From NCBI GenBank assembly GCA_014905635.1, contig JABVCE010000027.1, forward strand, positions 484,319 through 504,318: a stretch of DNA of 20,000 nucleotides, given 5' to 3'. A program made the position numbers and the translations under genes. How positions within the stretch are numbered: position 1 is the first letter of the stretch; each line of letters opens with the position of its first letter. This DNA comes from Scenedesmus sp. PABB004 (taxonomy: Eukaryota). This document shows, in pieces, positions 9,401 to 18,792 of the stretch. The notes below the pieces were generated by a model. It was not told where the DNA came from and ran no database searches. It worked only from the letters and a program-made list of their open reading frames with translations.

Positions 9401-12400
9401 GACGAAGCCACAGAGGTGGAACACGTGACAGGGGTCACTGGGCAGGGGCGGCAGCGGCGCAAAGAGGTCAGGCGTCAGGTGGCAGCGGCCTCGGCGGTGC
9501 AGCAGGCCGATGCAACCAGGCAGCCGCGCCCGCTGCGCGCGCAAGCTCACCGGTGCAGGCCGCGGGCGTGGTCACCGTCCACTGACCGCTCTGGCAGGTC
9601 GCCACGGGCGCCGTGCCGCTGCTGCCGCTGTTGCAGGAGCCCGTGCACGTGCTGCCGTCTGCGGTGGGGCAGGAGCCAGGCCACGCAGCGTTGGTGCCGG
9701 CCGACGCCGCCACAGAGGTGGAACACGTGACAGGGGTCACTGGGCAGGGGCGGCAGCGGCGCAAAGAAGTCAGGCGTCAGGTGGCAAGGGCCTCGGCGGT
9801 GCAGCAGGCCGATGCAACCAGGCAGCCGCGCCCGCTGCGCGCGCAAGCTCACCGGTGCAGGCCGCGGGCGTGGTCACAGTCCACTGACCGCTCTGGCAGG
9901 TCGCCACGGGCGCCGTGCCGCTGCTGCCGCTGTTGCAGGAGCCCGTGCACGTGCTGCCGTCTGCGGTGGGGCAGGAGCCAGGCCACGCAGCGTTGGTGCC
10001 GGCCGACGCAGCCACAGATGCGGAGCATGGCGTCGTCACTGGCGGCCAGGGACAGGGGCCCAGATCGCAGTCCTGCTGCTGCGTGGCACCGTTGGCCTGG
10101 GGGCAGGGCGCGCCGCCGTGCTGCGCCTCAGTCGCGACGGCGTATGTCGCGGTGATGGTGCCCGGGCCGCATGTCATGCTGCAGGTTGCGCCCGCCGTCG
10201 TCCAATCGCCCTTGCAGTCGATGGGACAGGGCACGCCGCAGGCAACGCTGGTCGTGTCGCCGTCGCGCAGCACCCTGCCGTCGGTGCTCAAGCACTCCGC
10301 GCCACCGTTGGACGCGGGGACTATGCGCGCGCGGCGGCGGCGGGGGCGGTGGTCAGGGCTTGGCGCCGCAGCCCGCGCCTGGCCCCTGCACAATCCATGG
10401 CTGCGACGCCACGCCGCTGTGCCAGGCGCCCCCGCACTCACTCGCAATGCGGAAGGTGAGGGTGCGCTCGCCGGCGCCGCACTGCTTGCTGCACGCGCCG
10501 ACCACCCAGGCGCCCACGCACGCCGTGGGGCAGGTGCCATCGACGGAGCAGTCGGCGGGCGCGATGGGCTCGCTGGAGACCAGCCGCTCGGCCGCAAAAA
10601 CAAAACCTACCTGATCGGCTTGTGCCCCTTCCACCGGGGTGCCCTTGCGCAGCCGGCAGTCAAACGTGCCTGAGCTCACGTCGTCACCCTCGCCGCTGAC
10701 GCGGAGCGCGATCACGGCGATGCACGGCACGTAGGCGAGGGCGGCGCACGCGGCCGCGCACTGAGCAAAAGGCACCCCGACAAGCGACGTGTGAACCATC
10801 GCCTCGCCCAGCGTCTGGTCGCCCTCGAGGTTGAAGAGCGCACCGTCCAGCCGCTGCTGCCCGGTGCTCGTGCGGCGCGCGAGGAGGCTGCGGCGGCGGC
10901 TGCCAAAGCGCGAGGGAATGAACAGCTTGTTGGGGCTGCCCGCGTGCGCGGTCTGCGGCGGCCAAGCGCGGCAGCGCGCGCGTGAGCAGGCAGCAGGGCG
11001 CTCGAGCAGGGCGCGCGAGCAGGCAGCAGCAGCGCCAAGCCCGCGGCAGCCCCGCTGCTGCCCACCTCGAGCAGCAGCTCGCACTTGCCGGGCCCGCCAA
11101 ACCTTCGGGCAGGGGCACATACAGGCAGGGACAGGCGTGAGGAGCGCGGCTTGCGCAGGGCTGCCAGTAGCGCATCTCAGCGGGGGCGCGGGGCGTACCT
11201 GTACAGCATGCAGCCAGCGCGTTTGGCGCACGAGGCAGCACACGATGCGGCGGTGTCCGTCCCCGGCACGGGCACTGCTGGAATGTGGGCACTCCCCACA
11301 ACGATGCCGACGGCTGGCTGGGTTGTGCGGACGCACTGCGCGGCACTGGCCGCGCCTGCGGCGTGCGCGGGCGGCGGCAGGGCGGTTGATCGAGGCCAGC
11401 GTTAGCGCACAAGGGCCGTGGCGGCGTGCGCAGCTCGCAAAAGCTGTATCGCCGTGCTGCGCGGCGTGCGCGCTCTGCCAACACACCCGCGGGGGCCGAA
11501 AAGCCGTCAGCGCAGGCCTGGCAGGGCCCCGCTTGCTCGGTATCGCTGAACGTGTCGACCGGGCACGCGGCGCACCCGGCGCCCTGAGCCAGGCTGCCGT
11601 GGCCCACTAGGCACAGCGAGCAGGCGGCCGCGCTGGTTGAGGTGCTGCCCAGCGTGGTTGAGCCAGGCGCGCAAGCGGTGCAGGGGGTTGGCGCGCCGCC
11701 GGCCGACCAGGTGCCGCGCGGGCAGGCCACGATGGCCTCCTCAACGCCGGTGGTGCCGAAGCCAGGTGGCAGCTGGGCGGCCGTGCACTCGTTTGCAGAG
11801 GTCGCGGCGGTCATCGGGGTGGTGCTGCCGGACGGGCAGGGCGTGCAGTGCCGCGTGATGTCGTAGCCGCGGGACCAGCTGCCCGCGGGGCAGGGGGCGG
11901 CCACCGGCACGCCCTTGCGCGAGGTGATGAAAAAGCCGGGCACGGGCACTGCGCGGCGCGCGGGGCAGCACGCGCGGCAGGCAGTGAGCATTGGCGGCGG
12001 CGGCAGCGGCAGCAGCAAAGGCGCGCCGCTCCCCGCGCGCGCCAGAGCGTGCCAGCAACTCACGGCAGGACTTAGGGCCCGCGTTGGCCGTCGCCTTGGT
12101 AGCAGCCGCCCCTGGGATCTGATCCGCGGTCACCATGTTGGCCGGGCTGCAGACGCGGCGGAGAGCGCAGCGCCGGCCATGCTGTCATCGCGCACGCGCA
12201 CCCCGGGCCGCCGCCGCGCCGACAGCAGGCTCGGCAAGTCAGTGAGCGCGCGCGGCGCGCGGCGCGCGGCGCACTCACCAGCGCTGGCACTCGACCAGCA
12301 TGTTGCGGGAGTAGGTCTTGTCGACGCGGCCGTACGTGCCCTGGCCGCAGCTGACCACGGTCAGCACGCCGCCCACGCGCGCGGTGCCGGAGCCGGGGGG

Positions 12401-12956
12401 GAAGAAGCAGAGGTTGTTGTCGTCCGTGGCCGTGCCGTCGGTCAGGAAGCCGGGGCCGCAGCTGCGGCAGGGCTTATTGTTCCAGCCCTCCTTTGTGCTG
12501 CCGATGGGGCAGCGCTTGGGCGTCTCGGCGTCGCTGCCAAGCGTCAGCATCCAGCCAGGCGCGGCCCCTGCGCCGGCAGGCGACGGTTGTCGCGCGGCGC
12601 GGCGCGGCGGCAGGGCGTCGGCGGCTGCGGCTGCGCGCGGCGGCCGCGAGGCCTGGCTGTGCGCGGCAGCGCTCCCACTCACTGCAGGCGTCGACGCCGC
12701 TCGCGGCGCGGTGCTTCACCGCGACGACCTCAGGGCCGAAGGCCTGGGAGCAGCGCTTGGGCGCGGCGGCCCCGCCAGGGCAGTAGAAGGGCGGCCGACA
12801 CGCCACGCAGGCACCGGCCTCCAGAAAGGTCCCGGGTTTGCACGGCTTGCTCATCGCGAAGGTGCCCCGAGCGTGTGCGGGCGGCGCGAGCAGTGCGGCA
12901 GCCAGCGCGGCCGCCAGCACGTACAGCACCGCCCGCCGAGGGGGCATGATGGCCAT
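6421..12956 (-). CDS. Large secreted multidomain protein (~1487 aa): signal peptide, GCC2/GCC3-type Cys repeats, 2 PAN/apple-like, 2 TSP1-like, 5 sushi-like Cys modules, 2 cadherin-like domains, C-terminal beta-sandwich
   Basis: 18 phase-compatible GT-AG exons: 12956-12683, 12567-12279, 12146-12064, 11948-11487, 11355-11199, 11102-11066, 10952-10442, 10320-9853, 9739-9551, 9437-9249, 9135-8947, 8833-8645, 8465-8118, 8010-7916, 7783-7663, 7553-7410, 7264-7080 and 6954-6421. They sum to 4464 nt, which is divisible by 3. Signal peptide MAIMPPRRAVLYVLAAALAAALLAPPAHA. CPxGxW/CxxCPxGSTT repeats. TSP1-like DCKGDW..CSMTCGPG..GGAPCP. No TM or GPI signal visible at the C-terminus. Confidence 0.8.
8645..10020 (-). 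repeat. Tandem array with a 302-bp unit (189-nt phase 1-1 exon + 113-nt intron); 5 copies of the coding module
   Basis: Exon 3' ends recur at 8645, 8947, 9249, 9551 and 9853. The units, including the introns, differ at only a few bases. Each encodes ..CSTSVASSAGTNAAWPGSCPTADGSTCTGSCNSGSSGTAPVATCQSGQWTVTTPAACT. Confidence 0.97.
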
Positions 12957-13952
12957 AGACTGGACAGGCTCGCAGGCACGCGCCGGGAGGGCGCGCGGAG
13001 GCGTGCGGGCGCTTGCGGTCCCCGCTGCGCCGATGGCCGGCCCTGGGCTCTCGCGCAGGCAAGGCACAGGGGTCGCAGGGCCGCTGGATTGGATGCCTCG
13101 TGGGGCTATCAAGCAGGGGGAGCACGCGGAAAGCTGCGCGGATGCGGGACGGGCGCGCATTCTTGCCCGGCGGGGCTCCGCTCTGCCGAGCTTCCCGGCT
13201 TCCCGACCGCGCCGGGGGCGCGCGCACGCTGCCGCAACGCACGCGCCGCGCTGGGTAGGACCTGGCAGACTGACCCGTATTGCGATTGTCGCAACGAACG
13301 CGGCAGCAGGGCGGCGTGCAGCGAGGTCACAGGCACGGCAGCGGGAGCTGCGCAGCGAACGGCGGTGGACACGCGCGATCAAATGCCGGCGGTGTGACCG
13401 GCCCGTCATGCACATACGCGCTCAGCAGCCGGGCACAATTGCAGCTCGCGCCCTCACGCACGCACGGACGGCTGTGTGCCGCTGATTGCCACACGCCGCA
13501 CGAGCGCTGCGCGGCACCGCACACGGCAGCACGCCCCGCCACGCCTTGGCCCCTGCCGCGGCGGCGCAGCCACCCGCGTCAGCCGCGCCGCGCCAGCACG
13601 CGCGCGATGTACTCCACCGCCGGCACGTCGGCGAGCGGTTGAGGCGCCCGCGCTTGGTGAAGCCGCCCCCCGGCCGCTCACACGAGCGTCCGCTTTACAA
13701 AGTTGGCAAACTTGGACGTGCTGCTGTAGCTGTACGCCACGCCCTGCTCCTGCAGCAGCGCCTCCAGCCGCGCGCGCAGCGCCTCGGGCTTGTCCTGCGG
13801 CGGGCGCATGACGCAGCGGCGGCGCGCGGGCCGACTCAGCGGTCATGGCATGGCAGGCCCGTAAGGCAGTGCGCGCAGCCGCGCGCACCGACTCTGCCTC
13901 GAGTTCGTAGAGGCTTCCCCACTCGTAGCGCGTGGCGTCCAGCTCGAGCGTG
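12747..13952. repeat. Internal arm of a ~1.2-kb inverted duplication (partner 18518-19785)
   Basis: The reverse complement matches 18518-19785 apart from a few substitutions and one 62-bp indel. The ORF track shows mirrored proteins, e.g. 13109..13372- versus 19160..19423+. Confidence 0.97.
13418..13633 (-). repeat. Copy of the PNGase last codons and 3' UTR located downstream of the TTM3 stop
   Basis: The reverse complement matches ~18296-18514 (cgccgacg..gccggcggtggagtacatcgcgcgcgtgctggcgcggcgcggctga...). A third copy lies at ~18837-19060. Confidence 0.93.
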
Positions 13953-14861
13953 AAGCCCTCCCACGCGACCTCCTGCCTCGTGTTCTCAAAGCCGCCCAGC
14001 GACACAAGCGCGGTCAGGCCGTACTGCCTGCGCGGCGGCGGGGCGAACCGAGGACGAATCATGCGACCGCTGTGTCGGCGACTCGTGCGGGGTTGCGCAC
14101 GCCGCGGCGGGCGACGCGAGCCTGCAGGCGCGCCACGCCCCTACGCCGGGCGTCGGGCCGGGACGCCCCTTCCACTAGCCCAGCTAGCTGAGCCGCCTGC
14201 CGCGCCGCGCCGCGCCGGCGCCGCGCCGCGCTGGGCGCAAGCGCGCGCGCACCGCGCGAGGCGGCGCATGATGTCGCTGTCGAGGTCCAGCAGCGCCGAG
14301 GGCTGCGCCAGGTACGCGCGCGCCGCGGCGGCGTCCGGCAGCGTCTCCTCCTCCTCGCTCGCGCGCGCGATGCCGTCCACAAGCACTTGCTCACCCTTGA
14401 GCGTCAGCACGGCGCGCCTGTCGGCGTCGTAGAAGCGCAGCCGCAGCACCACGCGCCGGCTGTTGAGCTCGCCGCCCGGGCCGTCAAAGAAGTAGTTCTC
14501 CTGCGGGGCGCAGGGTTCAGGGCCGCTTCCGCAACCCGCCCGCAGCCGCCGCGGCGGTCGCACGGAGCGTGCACGGCGCCCACCCCCCCCCCCCCCATGC
14601 CGCCCGCACACCTGCTGGTGCGTCGCGACCAGGCCCGGCGCCAGCAGCTGCTGCAGCTTGTTGTGGGCCTCTGGCCCCGGCAGGCGCAGCTTCACCTCAA
14701 CCTGGGTCGTGGCGCGCGGCAGCCGCGCGGCGGGCAGCGGGGCAACGAATGAGCGTGTCCCTCCAGCCGCCCCACGTTCACGCGCGCGCCCCTGCGCCTG
14801 AGCGGCCCTGAGCCCCTGCGGCGCGCGCCCGCCGCCGGCGCCGCGTGCGGCTCACCTCCAT
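13678..14861 (-). CDS. TTM3: CYTH-domain triphosphate tunnel metalloenzyme 3 (tripolyphosphatase)
   Basis: Exons 14861-14856, 14701-14612, 14500-14253, 14027-13889 and 13794-13678. Translation: MEVEVKLRL (ExExK motif), QENYFFDG, LRLRFY, LTLK, LGGFENTR, LELDATRYEWGSLYELEAE, SKFANF. Confidence 0.93.
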
Positions 14862-14890
14862 CGCGCCGCTGCCGGCCGCGGCCCCCGCCG

Positions 14891-15288
14891 CTACTTGCAC
14901 AGGCCGATGCGCGCGTCCCGCGCCGCCTTGCTGCCCTGTGCCTTCTGCTGGCCGGTTGGGGGGGGGGGGGCGGGGCGGCGGCGCGCGCCTGACGACGCCG
15001 CTGCAAGGGCCGCCGTGCGCACCGCAGCCGGGGCGGGAGGGCCGCGAGCGGCTGCCGCGGCCGCGCGCACCTGCGGGTCGCCCTGCGCTGCGCCGCCTGG
15101 CTGCTGCTGCGCGAGGGCTTGCTGCCGCCTGAGCGCCTCGTACTGCGGCGGCGGCGGGCAAACGCAAACGGCGTTGGCAGCGGGCAGCGGACCCCCGATC
15201 GGCCTAGCCGGCTGCCCGGCAGGCGGTGCCGCACCTCCTCCTTGTCCTCTGGCTTGAGCTCGATGCGGGTGGGCTTGCGCGGCAGCAT
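14891..15288 (-). CDS. CDC26: Anaphase-promoting complex subunit CDC26 (~60 aa), upstream ORF of TTM3
   Basis: Exons 15288-15235, 15142-15071 and ~14947-14891. Translation: MLPRKPTRIELKPEDKEE-YEALRRQQ...AARDARIGLCK*. The N-terminus matches the CDC26 hallmark ML-R-KPT-IEL--ED--E(Y)E. Its position directly upstream of TTM3 is the same as in plants. Confidence 0.9.
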
Positions 15289-15560
15289 CAGACAGCCGCA
15301 TCAACCGGCCGCGAGCGCGAGCAGCGGCGGCGGCGGCAGCGGGGGCGGCGGGGGCGGCGGCGCAGCGGCGAGCGCCCGGCGCTGCGGCTTCGCGCGAAGA
15401 AAGTCGCGAAGAGCGCCGTGGGCCGGCGCGGTGCGGCAGGCAGAGCATCAGCGCCAGAGAACCGCCGCCGATTTGACGGGCGGCGGCGTCTGCACAGCCT
15501 GCGGCGCACCTCACTGCGCGGTGTTTTTGCCTGTGCACCCGCGCCTGATGCACCTCCAAC
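15289..15560. promoter_or_regulatory. Putative bidirectional promoter between CDC26-TTM3 and PNGase
   Basis: Only 272 bp separate the divergent start codons. The interval contains the palindrome TTCGCGCGAA (15389-15398) followed by GTCGCGAA. Confidence 0.5.
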
Positions 15561-18350
15561 ATGGAGGAGGCTGACCGCCTGCTCGCGGCGGCCCTGCAGG
15601 TGCAGCGCGGTTGGCAGCGGCGCCGCCGCTGCCGCCTGACTCCGCCGCCAGACACCGCCTGCCCTGCCCCTCCCCCCGCAGGCCGAGGAGGACGCGGCGG
15701 CGGCGCGGGAGGCGAGGCGGCCACCGGGGGACGAGCAGGACGAGAAGGCGCGGCTCCTGGCGGAGCTCAACGCCGGCGTGGCCAAGGCGCTGTCTGTGCG
15801 TGCGGCTGCTGCGCGCAGCTGGCTGGCGCTGCCGGCGGCCCGCGCGCTGAGCGCCCAACGCCGGCGCCGCGCGCCACAGGTGGAGGATGCGTCGGCGCGC
15901 GCAGCCGCGCTGGAGCTGATGCCGCTGGCAGAACTGCGCGCCGAGGCGGCCGCCACGGCGGCGCTGCACGCCCGCCTCGGCGAGCCGCTGCGCTGCGGCG
16001 AGGGGGACCTGGTGGTGCAGGGGCTGGCCGCGTGGTTCAAGGCCTCGTTCTTCACCTGGGTGCGCGGGCGGGGCTGGGGCCGCGGCGCGTGGGCCACACA
16101 GCGTGGGGGGCCGCCTGCTGGCGGGGGCCCCGCCGCCGACCCGCCGCCCCCGACGCCAGGTCGACGAGCCGCCGTGCGAGGTGTGCGGCGGCGGCACCAC
16201 GCACGCCGGCATGGCGGCGCCCACGCCGCAAGAGGCGGCGCACGGCGCGGGGCGTGTGGAGACCTACCGCTGCACCGTCTGCTCCCAGGCAGGGCCCAGC
16301 CCGCCGCTGCCGCCCCGCCGGCGCGCCGTGCCGCTGCGGGCTGAGGCTCGTCTCGCTGGCTGACGCGCCAGCGCTGTGCGGCGCGCTGCCCGCAGGTGAC
16401 GCGCTTCCCGCGCTACACACACGCCCTCAAGCTGCTCAGCACGCGCCGCGGCAGGTGCGCGCGGCGTGGCGGCGCGGAGCTGCTGGGTGCGTGGGGACCC
16501 TCGCGGCTCAGCTGCCGTGCCGCGCAGGTGCGGCGAATGGGCGCACACGTTCCTGTTGCTGCTGCGCGCGGCGGACTTTGAGGCGCGGCACGTCTCCGAC
16601 ACCGCTGATCACGTGTGGTGTGAGTACTGGAGCGACGGGCTCGGGCGCTGGGTGCACGTGGATGCGTGCGAGCGCTCGTGGGATCAGCCGCTGCTCTATG
16701 AGGCGGGCTGGGGCAAGCGCATCGCGCACGCCTTTGCCGCGGGCAGGCACGGCGTCGCGGACGTCACGCGGTGCGCGCCGGCTGCCAGGGGGCGCGGCTG
16801 GGCAGCCGCCGGCCGTGCGCTGCGTAGGTCGCCGCCGCTCGCTGCCTTGCTGACTCAACCGCTGCGTCGCCGCACGCAGGCGCTACGCGGCGGAGCCGGC
16901 GGCCCTGGCCGCGCGCCGCAGCCGCGTGCCAGAGGCCTGGCTGGCCTCCGCGCTCGCCAGCGTGACCCGCCCGCTGCGCGCGCCGCTGGACGCCGCCGCG
17001 CGGCGCAGCCTCGCGCTGCGCGACGCTGCCGAGGCGCTGGAGCTCATGGGCCTGGAGGACGCGCGGGCGGGCGGGGCGCGGCAGGCAGGCCCGGACCTGC
17101 CCGGCCGACACTCGGGCGCGCAGGCGTGGCGCGCTGCGCGTGGCGAGGCGGGTGCGTCGAGCGCGCGGCCGCGACGCGTGTGGTTGGCTCGCCGCGCAGC
17201 TGCCTCGTTCTCACCTGTGCTGCCACCGCACCGCTGCACAGGTGCCGGGGGCAGCGGCAGCGGCAGCGGCAGCGGCGGCGGCAGTGGCACGCAGTACAGC
17301 AGCCCTGGCGACGACGCGTTGCCGAGCTTGTTTGCCGCCGCGGGGCGTCTGAGCGGGGGCGTGTGCCGCGCGTCCGGCCAGCACGGCGCCGAGGTGCCCC
17401 GCAACCTCTTTGACGGCGCGCTCGGCAGCAAGTGGCTGGATTTCGGCGGCGGCGGCGTCGGCGGCAGCGCTTGGGTTGAGTACCGCCTGCTGCCCGGCGC
17501 ACACGCGGTGGTCACGCACTACAGCCTGCTCAGCGCCAACGACAGCCCAGAGCGAGACCCGAGCGACTGGGTGCTGGAGTGCAGGCCGGCGGCCGCGCTC
17601 GGCGGCAGCGGCCAGCAGTGGGTGGCGGTCGACGCGCAGAGCGCGCAGACGTTCAGCCGGCGGCACGCGCTGCGGAGCTTCGCGGTGCCCGCTACGGCTC
17701 GCATCGCAAGCAGCCAGTGGCGCCTGCGCATCACGCGCACAGCCGACCCGCGCGCCGCCAACAGCGTTCAGCTGGCAGGCTGGTGTCTGTACGACGCCGC
17801 CGCGAGCGGCGTGCTGCGCGACCTGGCGCGCGATGAGGATGCGCGGGCGCGGCGGTCGGAGCGGCCATCGGCAGAGCTGCCGCCGCCGGAGCGCCAGCCG
17901 CCTGAGCAGGAGCTGGCGGGTCAGCAGCCGGCGGCGGAGCAGCCGGCGGGTCAGCAGCCGGCAGCGGAGCAAGCGCCGCCGCCGGCGGAGCAGGCGCCGC
18001 CGGCGGAGCATGCGCCGCCGGAGCTGCTCTTCCTCGGCAACGGCCGCTGGCGCGGCCTGCTGCGCGGCGCGGCGCAGCCGGGCGGCGACGCGGGCGGTGA
18101 GGCGCTCGCCACGCTCGCGCGGGTGCTGGACAACATGCGGGCCCACCCTGGCGCGCCCAAGTTCCGGCAGCTGTCCGCCGCCAGCAGCAGGCTGGCCGGC
18201 GCGCTGCAGCGCCCGCTGCTGCTGGCGACGCTGCTCGAAGTGGGCTTCAGGCCCGTCATCGACGAGCAGCGCCAGCTCAAGCTGCTAGCTGACGACGCCG
18301 ACGCGCCGGCGGTGGAGTACATCGCGCGCGTGCTGGCGCGGCGCGGCTGA
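15561..18350 (+). CDS. PNG1: Peptide:N-glycanase (transglutaminase-like core, F5/8 galactose-binding-like domain, C-terminal PUB-like domain)
   Basis: Exons 15561-15599, 15682-15795, 15880-16059, 16160-16288, 16396-16454, 16528-16770, 16880-17151 and 17242-18350. Motifs: WFKASFFTWVDEPPCEVC, YRCTVC, TRFPRY, TRRGRCGEWA, DHVWCEYWS, RWVHVDACE, DQPLLYEAGWGK, DVTRRY. The Cys-His-Asp triad and both CxxC zinc pairs are intact. Confidence 0.93.
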
Positions 18351-18517
18351 CGCGGGTGGCTGCGCCGCCGCGGCAGGGCCAAGGCGTGGCGGGGCGTGCT
18401 GCCGTGTGCGGTGCCGCACAGCGCTCGTGCGGCGTGTGGCAATCAGCGAGCGGCACACAGCCGTCCGTGCGTGCGTGAGGGCGCGAGCTGCAATTGTGCC
18501 CGGCTGCTTAGCGCATG

Positions 18518-18792
18518 CACGCTCGAGCTGGACGCCACGCGCTACGAGTGGGGAAGCCTCTACGAACTCGAGGCAGAGTCGGTGCGCGCGGCTGCGCGCA
18601 CTGCCTTACGGGCCTGCCATGCCATGACCGCTGAGTCGGCCCGCGCGCCGCCGCTGCGTCATGCGCCCGCCGCAGGACAAGCCCGAGGCGCTGCGCGCGC
18701 GGCTGGAGGCGCTGCTGCAGGAGCAGGGCGTGGCGTACAGCTACAGCAGCACGTCCAAGTTTGCCAACTTTGTAAAGCGGACGCTCGTGTGA
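18518..18792 (+). pseudogene. Duplicated 3' fragment of TTM3 (part of exon 4, last intron, last exon)
   Basis: TLELDATRYEWGSLYELEAES / intron / DKPEALRARLE..KRTLV*. It has no start codon or 5' exons. Confidence 0.9.

Noticed and set aside
8645..10020. Regular repeat array as a possible CRISPR or satellite
   Set aside because: There are no unique spacers, and each unit is a coding exon plus an intron with splice sites.
14862..14893. CDC26-TTM3 stop-codon read-through fusion
   Set aside because: The 29-nt spacer puts TTM3 out of frame with CDC26.
17890..18020. Short repeats encoding AGQQPAAEQP / AEQAPPP
   Set aside because: Ordinary low-complexity linker inside the PNGase last exon.
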